IMG/VR virus record: IMGVR_UViG_3300027985_000661 | Location: 32,403-96,402 of that record | DNA: 64,000 nt | Direction: 5' to 3' (one strand) | DNA from: a virus | Shown here: one piece after another, positions 34,899 through 44,826 of the stretch | How positions within the stretch are numbered: position 1 is the first letter of the stretch | Layout: every line of letters begins with the position of its first letter | Notes under the pieces: model-generated | What the model was told of the DNA's origin: nothing | What the model saw: only the letters and a program-made list of their open reading frames with translations | Databases searched by the model: none | Made by a program: the position numbers and the translations under genes

Positions 34899-34927
34899 AA
34901 AAAAGGGAACCTGTATAGGCTCCCTTT
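34899..34927 (-). terminator. Intrinsic terminator
   Basis: Minus strand AGGGAGCCT-ATAC-AGGTTCCCT followed by TTTTT. Confidence 0.7.
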
Positions 34928-34950
34928 GTATTAATCTTGTATATATATAT

Positions 34951-35118
34951 TTATACTGCTGTTACAGTATGATCACCACTGATTATGATACCAAAAATTT
35001 TGTTACCATTTGTATCCAAATAATATCCATTATTGGAATTAGTTTTTACATAAACTAATTTACTATCGTGGAATAGCTTAAATCTACTATTAAGCTCAAT
35101 ATCTTTAAATTTCGGCAT
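34951..35118 (-). CDS. Small protein (55 aa) missing from the ORF track
   Basis: ATG...TAA reading MPKFKDIELNSRFKLFHDSKLVYVKTNSNNGYYLDTNGNKIFGIIISGDHTVTAV; fills the gap and is followed by a terminator. Confidence 0.6.
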   Translation of the reverse strand: MPKFKDIELNSRFKLFHDSKLVYVKTNSNNGYYLDTNGNKIFGIIISGDHTVTAV

Positions 35119-35177
35119 ATATCTCTGTTTAATGAGATTCTTAAGTTTGAAATGTTTTATTAAAATTTGCGAAATAT

Positions 35178-35831
35178 TTAGTAAGGTAAGGAATCTTCTA
35201 AGAATAAATTATCATAAAAAAAATACTCAAATTCACTTTTAATAGCGGATGGTTTTCTAGATATTATGTAATTTAAAAAGGCCATGCCATAAAAAGATTC
35301 TACATAATTTTTAAAATCTTCTATTGTTTCTGCAAGGTATTTACCTTTATCTATTCCCGTCCATTTTTTAACAAGGTGCCCATTAAATTTATTTTTTATA
35401 CTTTTAGAGGTTAATCCTTTAGGTTCTAAAAGGTTCAATTTTGAATTTAAGTCGATATAAAAAAATTTACTTATTTTATTTATATTTTTATCGAATTCAA
35501 AATGCTCAGTATATAAAGAAATTGGGTTCCTATTTTTAATATAGTTAACGAATTTATTATATCGTTTGTTAGCTAAACTTGATTTTTTAAAATTCCTAAT
35601 ATTAAAATAAGGAGAGTTAATTATACACATAAATAAACTTTCAAAGTCATTTGTAGGAGTATAAGGTAGCTCTAGAAATCTAAATACTTTTTCAAAATTA
35701 TTAGTAATGAAAAAATTTATATCCCCATACCTTAATTTATGTTTATAATACAAACCTGTTTTATTTAAATTCAAGTTTAGTACTATTAGTAAACGATTAA
35801 GAACTTCTAAAGTTAATTTATCTGCTTTCAT
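35178..35831 (-). CDS. Hypothetical protein
   Basis: 217-aa ORF in the replication operon; KFNGHLV motif. Confidence 0.55.
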   Translation of the reverse strand: MKADKLTLEVLNRLLIVLNLNLNKTGLYYKHKLRYGDINFFITNNFEKVFRFLELPYTPTNDFESLFMCIINSPYFNIRNFKKSSLANKRYNKFVNYIKNRNPISLYTEHFEFDKNINKISKFFYIDLNSKLNLLEPKGLTSKSIKNKFNGHLVKKWTGIDKGKYLAETIEDFKNYVESFYGMAFLNYIISRKPSAIKSEFEYFFYDNLFLEDSLPY

Positions 35832-35842
35832 AAAATCATACT

Positions 35843-36304
35843 TTAGTTATAAATTAAAGTTTCTTTAGAGGTATTTGGTTTAGGCCATATCTCACCTTTT
35901 TTATATAATACAGGCGGTACACCTGATGTTTCATAAAGGTAATCTTTTGGGTAAAGAATATTATGCATTCTACTATGCTTAGATAAATTCCAAAAATTTA
36001 AAATATATGTCTTAGCAAGAGTAGATAATTGTGAATATTTACCTTTCATTATATCCAAAACAGCTTTTTTGACATTGTCTGGCATTTTGAAATAATAAAT
36101 AATTGTATCTTTGTAATTTTCTATAAGTTCAGGTTCAAATATTGATAAATAGTCATTAGGATTTTTATAAACTAATGCAATATATTCTTCTTCAGGGAAT
36201 TTATCATTCCATATATAAGCATTTATAAAATGCTCATTAATTATTTTATCTTTTAAATCAGGAAAAAGTATAGGTAAAATAAACCGTGTAGTATCGTTTC
36301 TCAT
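35843..36304 (-). CDS. Hypothetical protein (TTRFILP...GKYSQLS)
   Basis: Overlaps the stop of the exonuclease gene. Confidence 0.55.
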   Translation of the reverse strand: MRNDTTRFILPILFPDLKDKIINEHFINAYIWNDKFPEEEYIALVYKNPNDYLSIFEPELIENYKDTIIYYFKMPDNVKKAVLDIMKGKYSQLSTLAKTYILNFWNLSKHSRMHNILYPKDYLYETSGVPPVLYKKGEIWPKPNTSKETLIYN

Positions 36305-37269
36305 TGTAATACCTCCTTCCCATTATTTAGGTAGTATTCTTTAGAGTAGTACCATTTATCATTTAGTAAATGCCATTTAGCTCTCGATATTAGTTCTTTT
36401 AATTCTTCAGCTTGGGCCTCAATAACGATACTTGGAATTTCAAACACCCGCACTTCTGAGGTTATTTTATCTACAGCTACTATATATATATTTAAAGTAT
36501 ACTCTTCTATGGCACCATTTAAATTTAAATATTTTTCTCCTACTTTAGCAATAGCACCTGAATAAAATGCAAGTTGCCTACTGTAATCGAATTTTTTAAA
36601 CGAGCTTTCAAATTGCCATACATTAGATGTAGTTTTTAAATCTATTAAAGTTATAGTTTTTGTACTTTCGTCTACTATAACCCTATCCATTAAAGCTTTA
36701 TATTTAATATTGTCTTCGTCTTCCCAAATAAAAGCTACTTCATTAAAAGTATATATCCCAGTATCTATAATGCTATTAGTATATTTAAATAATTGGGATG
36801 CTAAAGAATGTATTTTAATAGAAGCTTCCATTTCTTCTAGTTTAGCCATTTCTTTTTTCGAAATTACTTGGTATGATTTAGAATGTTTTAAATAAGATAC
36901 ATAAGATTTGTATTTATTATATAATGCAGTCGCTTTTTTAAGGATAGTATCATCTTTAGAAGATAAAGAATATACACGTTTGTACACCTCTATTAATCTT
37001 TCATCGGTTATTTTACCCATTCCCATATCTTCACAAAAAGATTTTTGTTGCGCAGATTTAGGAATAGTATATTCTAGCACTTTTACAGTATTATTAAATT
37101 TATTTCTTTCTAATAAATACATATGAAATAATTGTCCAAATTCATAGTATTTTTTATCTTCTTGTTCTAATTCCCCATCTAGAAATTTTTTAAAATTTGC
37201 TGGAGAATCCGATTTTAATATCCCTAAGCTAGAATTAGAGATGTGGTTATTTAATTTATAATAATCCAT
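36301..37269 (-). CDS. PD-(D/E)XK exonuclease (RecE/exonuclease VIII, DUF3799-like)
   Basis: ISNSSL, FGQLFH, KALMDRV, IDLKTT and YSRQLAFY motifs. Confidence 0.8.
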   Translation of the reverse strand: MDYYKLNNHISNSSLGILKSDSPANFKKFLDGELEQEDKKYYEFGQLFHMYLLERNKFNNTVKVLEYTIPKSAQQKSFCEDMGMGKITDERLIEVYKRVYSLSSKDDTILKKATALYNKYKSYVSYLKHSKSYQVISKKEMAKLEEMEASIKIHSLASQLFKYTNSIIDTGIYTFNEVAFIWEDEDNIKYKALMDRVIVDESTKTITLIDLKTTSNVWQFESSFKKFDYSRQLAFYSGAIAKVGEKYLNLNGAIEEYTLNIYIVAVDKITSEVRVFEIPSIVIEAQAEELKELISRAKWHLLNDKWYYSKEYYLNNGKEVLQ

Positions 37270-37670
37270 TATTTACCTTTTCTTTTTTCTAATATTTTAT
37301 TAATTGTATCATCTACTTCCTCTGTGTTAGAGGGGATATAAAGGTCATATTCTATTTTATTTAAGAATAAAAAATATTGAAATATTTTCCATCTCAAAGG
37401 AAAAGATTCATTTGCGAATCCTTTACATTCTATTATAAATTCTTTCCCTACAAAATCAGGAGTATATGACATTTTACGTACAATTTTCCCATTATATTTA
37501 AATGAGTCTAATATAGTAAAAGAAGCAGGTTCGTAATCGGCTTCGATATTATTTTCTTTTAATTTTTTGTAACAGTATGCTTCTAATTTACTTTTAAAAT
37601 TCACACCGTCAATAGTAACAGGAGTAGCGTTTCTTATTTTTCCATTTATAGATCTACCCCATTTTTTCAT
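37269..37670 (-). CDS. PD-(D/E)XK endonuclease (T7 endonuclease I/DUF1064-like resolvase)
   Basis: FKSKLEA, YTPDF and IIECKG motifs. Confidence 0.75.
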   Translation of the reverse strand: MKKWGRSINGKIRNATPVTIDGVNFKSKLEAYCYKKLKENNIEADYEPASFTILDSFKYNGKIVRKMSYTPDFVGKEFIIECKGFANESFPLRWKIFQYFLFLNKIEYDLYIPSNTEEVDDTINKILEKRKGK

Positions 37671-37693
37671 TATATTGCAATTTATATTTTTTC

Positions 37694-37891
37694 TTAGGTC
37701 ATTTTAATATTACAATCGTCTTCATCGTCTAAAAGAGTAATTCCTTTATATTCAAAAGATACCCAAGGGGATCCACAACATCCACATCCTCCTACATTTA
37801 GTTTAATATCATGATTTAAAAGTATTTCTTTTATACATTCTATTTTTTCTTCAAGTGGTAATTCTTTTATTTCATTAAGAAGTAATTCCAT
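37694..37891 (-). CDS. Small Cys-rich protein
   Basis: GGCGCCGSPW motif. Confidence 0.5.
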   Translation of the reverse strand: MELLLNEIKELPLEEKIECIKEILLNHDIKLNVGGCGCCGSPWVSFEYKGITLLDDEDDCNIKMT

Positions 37892-38330
37892 TTTTATTTC
37901 GTTTCCTAAGTTCTTGTTTAAAAGCTTCTCTATATATAGGATGTAAATATTGGTTATTTTTTTTAAAATATTCCAATATATTTAATATATGAGGAGTAGT
38001 TAATTTATTTATAGGCTTTTTAATAGGATTTTTTAAAGGATTTTCATCTGCATCATAAATAGATGTCCATTCTAATAACCCTGTTAAATCTGTACTAGAA
38101 TCATATAATATGTTCATATCCTCGTCGTTCCAGATTTTAAAATCATCTTTTAATATACCTATATTAATAAGACATTGCCCTATTCTTTGATCGGGATATT
38201 TATTCCATTCTTCAAAGAAGTTTTCATTATTCATAAAATCTTCTACCTCATAATCAATTTTCCAACGTTTTTTAAGAAAGTCAGTAGAGATATTACACCT
38301 GAATAACTCAATTCGTTCTATCGGTCTCAT
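37875..38330 (-). CDS. Hypothetical protein
   Basis: MRPIERI...WNKYPDQRIGQ. Confidence 0.55.
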   Translation of the reverse strand: MRPIERIELFRCNISTDFLKKRWKIDYEVEDFMNNENFFEEWNKYPDQRIGQCLINIGILKDDFKIWNDEDMNILYDSSTDLTGLLEWTSIYDADENPLKNPIKKPINKLTTPHILNILEYFKKNNQYLHPIYREAFKQELRKRNKNGITS

Positions 38331-38344
38331 TTTTTATTAAATTA

Positions 38345-38367
38345 AAAGGGGAGAAGTTACTCTCCCC
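38345..38367 (-). terminator. Intrinsic terminator
   Basis: GGGGAGA stem with TTTT on the minus strand. Confidence 0.65.
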
Positions 38368-38380
38368 GATTCATGAAGTA

Positions 38381-39280
38381 TCATAAAAATATTTTAATTA
38401 ATTCTAATACTTTAGAATTAGTATGTTGAGGTAATTTAATTGTCTTTAAATTTACTTTTTTACCTTCAATATTGTTTAATTCATGGTAAATATGCCCTTT
38501 TACAGATAGGGGCAAATCATTTAAATTTAATTCTACGTAATTACCTTCTAAATTAACAATTAAAGAGTTTACAAAAGTGATATTTTCTCCTGGTAGAAAA
38601 GCTGTTACAGGATTGGCATAAACAATAGTTCCTTTTTTTATCTCTACCGGATTTAAAATTTTAATTCCAGATTTTACAGTATCTGGGACACCTTGTATAT
38701 AAGTTCCATTACTCTCAATAAACATTAATCCTTTTATGTTTTTATGCATACTGAATACAAAATTAACCATATCATTAAGTTCGGATTCATTATTTACTTT
38801 AGTAAAGGCTGCTGAAAATATTCTATTATGTAGCAAAGTATTATTTTTACCAAATACATATTCAGAGGTACTTACACAATTTTTTCCTGATAACTCTACT
38901 GTACTTTCTTCAAATACACTCACATTTAAATGCATTTGTAAATCTTTTGGTACAATACCGTTTGGGTTAAATAATGCCATTACTAACTCACTATTATTTA
39001 ATGAATTAGTAGTTAATACTGCATGTACAGTTACACTTTTATCTTTTGAAAGCTTTAATGCCGGTTTAAATAAATTTTGAAAATCTAAAGATAAAATATA
39101 ATAAGGGTACATTAATAGAAATGGCTCTCCTTTACGAATAACAATAGGTAGTCCATTTTTAATAGGGGTTACGTATGCTGGAAATTTCTTTGTTGCTATA
39201 TTTGCAATTTCACCAATAATTTCTGGAAATACACTTGGTATGAAATTGTTAGTTTTGTTTGTATTGGCGGCTTTTAACAT
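38381..39280 (-). CDS. Degenerate ATP-dependent DNA ligase-like protein (probably inactive)
   Basis: YVTPIKNGLPIVI aligns by eye with motif I (xxKxDGxR); IKGLMFIESNGTYIQG with motif IV (EGxxx...Y..G); OB-like C-terminus. Confidence 0.45.
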   Translation of the reverse strand: MLKAANTNKTNNFIPSVFPEIIGEIANIATKKFPAYVTPIKNGLPIVIRKGEPFLLMYPYYILSLDFQNLFKPALKLSKDKSVTVHAVLTTNSLNNSELVMALFNPNGIVPKDLQMHLNVSVFEESTVELSGKNCVSTSEYVFGKNNTLLHNRIFSAAFTKVNNESELNDMVNFVFSMHKNIKGLMFIESNGTYIQGVPDTVKSGIKILNPVEIKKGTIVYANPVTAFLPGENITFVNSLIVNLEGNYVELNLNDLPLSVKGHIYHELNNIEGKKVNLKTIKLPQHTNSKVLELIKIFL

Positions 39281-40235
39281 AATTTAATTTGTTTGAAATG
39301 AGTAAACTAGTTTTATCATGACCGTATTTTAAAAAATAATCACTTAAATCTTTTTCTTTTTTACTATAAGTAAAGCAGAACCCTGCATCTGGGATTTGAG
39401 TTTTAAGTAACTTTTTTGTACTTTTTATTCCTGCTAAATCTTTATCATACCATATAATTATATATTTGAAATTTTCCCTTAAAATTTTTAAAACTTTTTC
39501 AGGTATAGAATGACCTTCTCCATTAGGAGCAATAGCAGTAAAGCCCATTTCATACAAAAGCATTACATCTTTTAAAGATTTTGTTATAATAACAGTATCT
39601 TTAGAGTAATCTAATTGTTCCCAACCTTGAATATCAATATTAGAACAATTTGTATAAAATTTATTTTTATTAAAAGGACGGTATATTTTATTTTTTTCGT
39701 ATACTTCGTAATTAAATATTGGGTTTTTTTCAGTAGAATACCCATGTAATTTTCCATTTACCCAGTATTTAGAAGCTTCGGAAACGTTGAAATATTCTAA
39801 AGTTTTTTTTGAAATTCCATATTTATACCAAAAATTTAAACCTTCTTCTGTAAATTCTTTTTTTTCAACAACTATATCTACAGTGTCATTTTTTCTTTTT
39901 GGTATTGTTTTGGTTTTTTTAAATACTATTTTTTTTGAAATATATTGAGAATGCAGCAATTCATAAACATCATTGATTTTTATTCTTTCAATAATACTTA
40001 CAAATTTAAAACAATTACCTGCTTCTCCTGTTCCTAAATCTTTAAATAATAATGCTCCGTTTGTTGCGTAAAACAAACCAAAAGAAGGGTTAGAATCTCT
40101 TCTAAACGGACTACTATATAAATGACCTACTATAGGTCTAAAGCCTAAATATTGTGCAAATATATCATATTCTGTTGTGAATTTTAATATATCTTTCTTA
40201 GTAGGGGGATACAGATTTCTAGTATTATAGACCAT
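39249..40235 (-). CDS. DNA primase (crAss-type DnaG/TOPRIM)
   Basis: SPFRRDSNPSF, FKDLGTG, KIYRP, IITKSLKDVM and WYDKDLAG motifs. Confidence 0.85.
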   Translation of the reverse strand: MVYNTRNLYPPTKKDILKFTTEYDIFAQYLGFRPIVGHLYSSPFRRDSNPSFGLFYATNGALLFKDLGTGEAGNCFKFVSIIERIKINDVYELLHSQYISKKIVFKKTKTIPKRKNDTVDIVVEKKEFTEEGLNFWYKYGISKKTLEYFNVSEASKYWVNGKLHGYSTEKNPIFNYEVYEKNKIYRPFNKNKFYTNCSNIDIQGWEQLDYSKDTVIITKSLKDVMLLYEMGFTAIAPNGEGHSIPEKVLKILRENFKYIIIWYDKDLAGIKSTKKLLKTQIPDAGFCFTYSKKEKDLSDYFLKYGHDKTSLLISNKLNYVKSRQYKQN

Positions 40236-40248
40236 AAACTATGATTAA

Positions 40249-40279
40249 AATACCTGCCCCAATTAAGGGGCGGGTATTT
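40249..40279 (-). terminator. GC-rich hairpin between the SSB and primase genes
   Basis: AATACCTGCCCC-AATTAA-GGGGCGGGTATT. Confidence 0.6.
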
Positions 40280-40284
40280 ATTAT

Positions 40285-40929
40285 TTAAAAAGGTAAATCT
40301 TCGTTATCTTCAGATTCACTAGTAGTTTCTACACCAGTTTCATCTAATCCTACCAAAGGGTTAACCTTACGTGTTCTAATATCTACTTTTGGGGTAGGAC
40401 GTTCCATAACATCCTTAGATGTAATACGAATTTTAGAATTTTCTACAGATACTAAATCTGCGCGTTCTATCCACTCATTATCATCATCTGTATATGAAGG
40501 GGTAGTTACCCATCCATTTTTATCAAATGCACATTTAATACGTAAAGGTACATTTAGAAATTTACCCTCTAGTTCTGCTTTAACATGGTTAGCCAAAGCT
40601 TCAAAATTAGCATATTCTTTATTTTCAAATATTTTTTTGTCAATAAATAAACCTGCTATTTTGAAAATACGCTTCATCTGAATAGCTGCAATAGCTTGGT
40701 ATTTTTTTTTATCCTCCTCAGATAACGTATTAAAATTAGATGGAAAATTAATTCCCCATTCGGTTTTACTTAAAATTTGACCTTCTTTATTTTCATAATA
40801 AAAAGCCAAATATGGTTTATTATTAGCAGAGATAGCTACTTTTACCTCTGTCATTTTTACTTCATGAATCCCTGCTCCAATAAATTTAGGAGTTCTTTTT
40901 TCTAAAACGTCTGTAGTTACTTTATACAT
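40285..40929 (-). CDS. Single-stranded DNA-binding protein
   Basis: Acidic C-terminal tail ending EDNEDLPF; follows the Sak4-like gene. Confidence 0.7.
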   Translation of the reverse strand: MYKVTTDVLEKRTPKFIGAGIHEVKMTEVKVAISANNKPYLAFYYENKEGQILSKTEWGINFPSNFNTLSEEDKKKYQAIAAIQMKRIFKIAGLFIDKKIFENKEYANFEALANHVKAELEGKFLNVPLRIKCAFDKNGWVTTPSYTDDDNEWIERADLVSVENSKIRITSKDVMERPTPKVDIRTRKVNPLVGLDETGVETTSESEDNEDLPF

Positions 40930-40933
40930 TTTA

Positions 40934-41635
40934 TTATTTTTCGTATGCTTTATAAGTGTCTATAACTAACTTTAGATCATTCGGGATACGTGGCTCTTCG
41001 AATAGACCTAATGGAGTTCTACATGTATTCTTTCCATTATTTTGAGTGCAGAAATAGTATTCAGGCCTGCCCTCTGTTGTTGTGAGTACTTCAGTATAAA
41101 GTACCATATGGAAGAATGATTCAGGTTTAATTTTTTCTCCTACTAATTTACCACCAATTACTTTAAAAGATGTTCTAAGAGCACCCTCGGCATCGTAATT
41201 ATTTTCAATATGAGACATTACAACAACAGTAAGATCGTCCCTTAACTGTCTTATAATTTTAATAATGTCATACGTATCTTTAGCAAAATCTCCAAATTTT
41301 TCAAACCCTTTTTCTTTCAAACGCGACATAAAAGCGTCCGTGCTGATACTTGTAATTGTATCTATAACTATAGTTTTAATATGAGGAGAAGAGGAAGAAA
41401 TGGCTTGTAATAAAGCTAATACTGTGCCTGCATCTGTAGTTTCGTAATAATTTGATTTAGATAAATCAATTTTTCCATTAGTTTTTAAAATAGTTTTGTA
41501 ATTAGTACTAGATTTAGGCAATGGTATCGGCTTCTCATCACACATTATAATAAATGTTTCTTTGGGATCTAAATTACGTATTGACACGGTTTTACCCGTA
41601 CCAATTTCTCCCATGAGAAGTATCGGTGTAGCCAT
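40934..41635 (-). CDS. Sak4-like (AAA_24) ATPase/recombinase
   Basis: GEIGTGKT, IVIDTI, VMSHIE, CRTPLGLF and IPNDL motifs. Confidence 0.8.
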   Translation of the reverse strand: MATPILLMGEIGTGKTVSIRNLDPKETFIIMCDEKPIPLPKSSTNYKTILKTNGKIDLSKSNYYETTDAGTVLALLQAISSSSPHIKTIVIDTITSISTDAFMSRLKEKGFEKFGDFAKDTYDIIKIIRQLRDDLTVVVMSHIENNYDAEGALRTSFKVIGGKLVGEKIKPESFFHMVLYTEVLTTTEGRPEYYFCTQNNGKNTCRTPLGLFEEPRIPNDLKLVIDTYKAYEK

Positions 41636-41664
41636 TGACTATTTATTTATTTTAAGTTTAATTT

Positions 41665-42195
41665 TTATTGAGTAAGTACTCCTAATTTTTCTAAAATTTC
41701 AAATTCCTCGTAAGATAGAATTTTATTCCCCACGCATACAAAACTAGAATGTTTTGTAATTTGTAAAACCGGATTAGGTTTACTTACTTTTTTAATCACA
41801 ATGTCCATACAAACACCGTATTTTTCTAATAGAAAATTAGCAAATCCCGCTAAGACCAAATCAAGGTCTTTTTCTAAATCGTAAATAGGACATAATGTTA
41901 ATAACGGGTGGGGTTTTAAATAAGATAAAGGTTCAAAAGAGATGTCGAATTTGTTAGATACTCCTACAGCAATTACATCCCGTTTAATTTCATGGGTTTC
42001 ACCAATTTCAATTTTAAATTCTTCAGTGAAAATCTCAAGTAATTTTTCTTTTACTAATACAGGTCCTCTATGATTTCCTGTAATTCCTTCTACAGTAAGC
42101 CCTGGTAATTTTTTTGCTGCTTCTGTAAGGAAATTTAGTAAAATATCTTTTTCTTTAGTATTCTTATTATTATATTTAATTGCAAATTTATGCAT
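41665..42195 (-). CDS. Hypothetical protein
   Basis: 176-aa ORF in the operon. Confidence 0.55.
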   Translation of the reverse strand: MHKFAIKYNNKNTKEKDILLNFLTEAAKKLPGLTVEGITGNHRGPVLVKEKLLEIFTEEFKIEIGETHEIKRDVIAVGVSNKFDISFEPLSYLKPHPLLTLCPIYDLEKDLDLVLAGFANFLLEKYGVCMDIVIKKVSKPNPVLQITKHSSFVCVGNKILSYEEFEILEKLGVLTQ

Positions 42196-42223
42196 AGGCC
42201 TTATTTATTTATTTTGTAGAAAA

Positions 42224-43000
42224 TTAAATTACTATGTTGGATGAGGGATCTCCTTTAATAGGCTCCTCTATCCTGTTATACTTTAAATTATTTTCAAATT
42301 CAAGTATTTTTAGCTCCCCTTCTCTGTTTTTTAAAAAGTGAGCGTAAACTTTGTTTGTTGTGGGCCACGCATTCAAGCCATAAGCTGTTATGCCTAATGT
42401 TTCTGGACGATGTAATACGAGAACATAGTCAGAAGCTTGGTATATGCTATCTCCGCCGAAAAGATCTCTTCTCATTGGAAAATGCATAGAATGGTTAAGT
42501 ATTCTATCTTTTTCTTCAATATCTCGATTCATTTGAGACAGTTGAATAATAGTGGTACGTCCTAATTTTTTAACTCTCATAAACATTGTCTGTAAATGAG
42601 TTAAAATAGTACGTTCCGCTTCCCCATTTTTACCTCTAGTTAATAGAGTATGGTCTAATTCAATTATTAGCCATTTATCTTTAGCTACCGTATTTAAAAA
42701 ATGGATAATTGTAGTTTCCATTTGTTCTACTGTACCTGGAAAATCAACATAATATATTTCATATTTTTTAATTTTCTCTAATTCTTTCTCTATATTAAGT
42801 AGGTCTTTATCTTGCAAAGTGACGCTAGAGTCGCCACTATACAATTCTTTTGTAGTTTTATTTAAACTAGAAGATAACTTCCTTCCTACTTGGCGTGAGC
42901 TTAACATTTCAAAGTTAAAAGACAAGACAACAAATTCGGTGTCCGGGTTCAATTCAAATAAATCAGTTTCTAATGAATTCACAAAACTAGATTTTCCACT
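42224..43000 (-). CDS. DnaB-like replicative helicase, exon 2
   Basis: SGKSSF completes Walker A; FNFEM, IIELDH, LSQMNR, SIYQASD and KNREG motifs. Confidence 0.9.
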   Translation of the reverse strand, partial: SGKSSFVNSLETDLFELNPDTEFVVLSFNFEMLSSRQVGRKLSSSLNKTTKELYSGDSSVTLQDKDLLNIEKELEKIKKYEIYYVDFPGTVEQMETTIIHFLNTVAKDKWLIIELDHTLLTRGKNGEAERTILTHLQTMFMRVKKLGRTTIIQLSQMNRDIEEKDRILNHSMHFPMRRDLFGGDSIYQASDYVLVLHRPETLGITAYGLNAWPTTNKVYAHFLKNREGELKILEFENNLKYNRIEEPIKGDPSSNIVI

Positions 43001-43404
43001 CGTACCACTACAGTTTTCACTGCCAGCAATCAGGAGCTGTTTGTGGTCTGGACTATATATTCAATCACCAGCCCAAAGGTCTGTGTCTAGGAGAGTTATT
43101 ATATGCGTCTTTCGCGCTTCCTATGTAATGGATTCTAGAATCTTAACCCATAATGATTGTATCTGCATCTAGTCTCTACGGCTGGAGCATTATCCCCTAT
43201 GCCTCGGTATTACCTCTGACCTAATAATCACCGTAGTGGTTACTACCTCACAATCACATTTATACTTTAGTTTATATCAGCTAAAGTCCCGTGATCAGGT
43301 GCTAACTGTATTAGGTTTTAGGATTTCTTACCAGCTTATTCGTCCTGTTAATCAGACAGGTTATATTTTTACCTTAGTTCAGCTGTGACCGATATTCAGA
43401 TATT

Positions 43405-43974
43405 TTATTCCGGCAGTTTTTCAGAATATTTAAAAATATATTGATGTTCTCTATTATGCTTTTTATGGTTGCCTGATAGAGATTGTTGTACAGATCTGTA
43501 CTTTACACCTAGTTGTTCTGAAGCTTCTTTTAAAGAATCAAACTCTCCTACATATTCTTCCACTAAACGGTATACTTTTACTTTTTTGTATACGTTTTTA
43601 AATTTCTTATTTCTCCACATTTGTTTAGAGTATTCGGAAATTTTCTTTTTAGTTTCTTCCGTAGGTACATAAGTAGGAAATATTTTTCTATTTATGTTAT
43701 ATTCTGGATTAACTTTATTAATCCATTTTTGCTCTTTTTCTATTAAAAGATTAACATCACATTCTTCAATCATAAAACAACTAAATCCTTCAGAATTTTT
43801 ATTCCAAGAATTTTGTAAATGAGGATTAGAATGTATCCCTCTTTTTAATTGTGATTTATGTTTATGAAGCCTATGATAGACATCTTTAGAACTTCCAATA
43901 TATTTTTTAGAATTATGTAAATTAACTATTACATATATTCCTGATTTTTTCCAAAGGCAACTTTTAATTTTCAT
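43405..43974 (-). CDS. Intron-encoded GIY-YIG homing endonuclease with NUMOD-like C-terminal modules
   Basis: SGIYVI...YIGSS...R...H, EQKWI, PEYN, EETKKKIS and FDSLKEASEQLGV motifs. Confidence 0.9.
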   Translation of the reverse strand: MKIKSCLWKKSGIYVIVNLHNSKKYIGSSKDVYHRLHKHKSQLKRGIHSNPHLQNSWNKNSEGFSCFMIEECDVNLLIEKEQKWINKVNPEYNINRKIFPTYVPTEETKKKISEYSKQMWRNKKFKNVYKKVKVYRLVEEYVGEFDSLKEASEQLGVKYRSVQQSLSGNHKKHNREHQYIFKYSEKLPE

Positions 43975-43993
43975 ATACTAGTTTTATTTTTTA

Positions 43994-44018
43994 TACGAAA
44001 TTATGTGGTTAAAGTTGC
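43994..44018 (-). promoter_or_regulatory. ECF-sigma-like promoter GCAAC-N16-CGTA for the GIY-YIG ORF
   Basis: About 20 nt upstream of ATG 43974. Confidence 0.6.
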
Positions 44019-44026
44019 GCCTATTC

Positions 44027-44218
44027 ACCGGATGTTCCAGCAATAGTATATATGGCATTAGGCTCAATGCCTCCCATGCAAAGATTGTTAAATTTGTTCC
44101 ATCTTGTTTTTAAAGATTTTATTTCGCCTTTTTTACGAAGGTGTATATAATCTTTAATTTCATTTGCCGCTTGGCTAATATGAATAAATTCCAATGGTTT
44201 AACAAAGCTCTGTTCCAT
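44027..44218 (-). CDS. DnaB-like helicase, exon 1 (spliced product 322 aa)
   Basis: LKTRWNKFN...GGIEPNAIYTIAGTSG. Confidence 0.88.
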
Positions 44219-44753
44219 ATCCTAAATTTGTTTCAACTATGCTTTCTTTGGTATCATTTAGTTTCTCTCCCCATTCTGTCCAGCCTTCGCTGTCTAGCCA
44301 ATTAGGGAGTCTTTTCATCCATCCTAAAGTACCATTTCTAGTACGTTCTTGAACTTCAAATTTTAAACAAGATAATATATAATCATGAATATCTTTCCTA
44401 TTTCTAGTAAGTCTCATGTACTTTCTCTTGCTTTTTGTTTTGCTTATTCTTAGGTAATCCTTACTACCGTCTTTTCTTATAACACTTATTGGAAAGTTAG
44501 ATATAAGTTCTTCGAAAGAATCTTTGTCCTTTAAGGATTCTAGTATGCTTTCTTCGATAGTATATTTATTTTTATTAGTTGTTAGAATACCATTTTTTAC
44601 TAACTCTTCTAAATCAAAAGTAGGGTCTGAATTAAATCTTCCAAATTCTTTTTTAATTCCGGCAACCCCTTTACCCTCTATTATAAGTGTTAATATATAA
44701 AACTGATTTGGTGTTACTTTTTGGTTTCTTAAAAAATCTAATTTTATTTCCAT
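44199..44753 (-). CDS. Putative replication initiator/helicase loader (HTH)
   Basis: HTH-like N-terminus, WMKRLPNWL motif; overlaps the helicase start. Confidence 0.55.
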   Translation of the reverse strand: MEIKLDFLRNQKVTPNQFYILTLIIEGKGVAGIKKEFGRFNSDPTFDLEELVKNGILTTNKNKYTIEESILESLKDKDSFEELISNFPISVIRKDGSKDYLRISKTKSKRKYMRLTRNRKDIHDYILSCLKFEVQERTRNGTLGWMKRLPNWLDSEGWTEWGEKLNDTKESIVETNLGYGTELC

Positions 44754-44826
44754 ATAAGAACTTTTAATATAGTTCTGAAATATGTATGAAATAAATTAGC
44801 CAGCTCTGATATTAATATTCATTTCT

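Larger units (their letters stand above)
43001..44026 (-). mobile_element. Group I intron (1026 nt) in the helicase Walker A
   Basis: Exon end TCCGGT pairs with GCCGGA (U.G) at the end of the GIY-YIG ORF; core AATATCGGT, AATACCGAG, CCGTAGAGACTA, ATATAGTCC; terminal G 43001; splicing gives AGTSG-SGKS. Confidence 0.9.

Noticed and set aside
42819-43172. 117-aa + strand ORF
   Set aside because: Antisense shadow of helicase exon 2 and the intron core.
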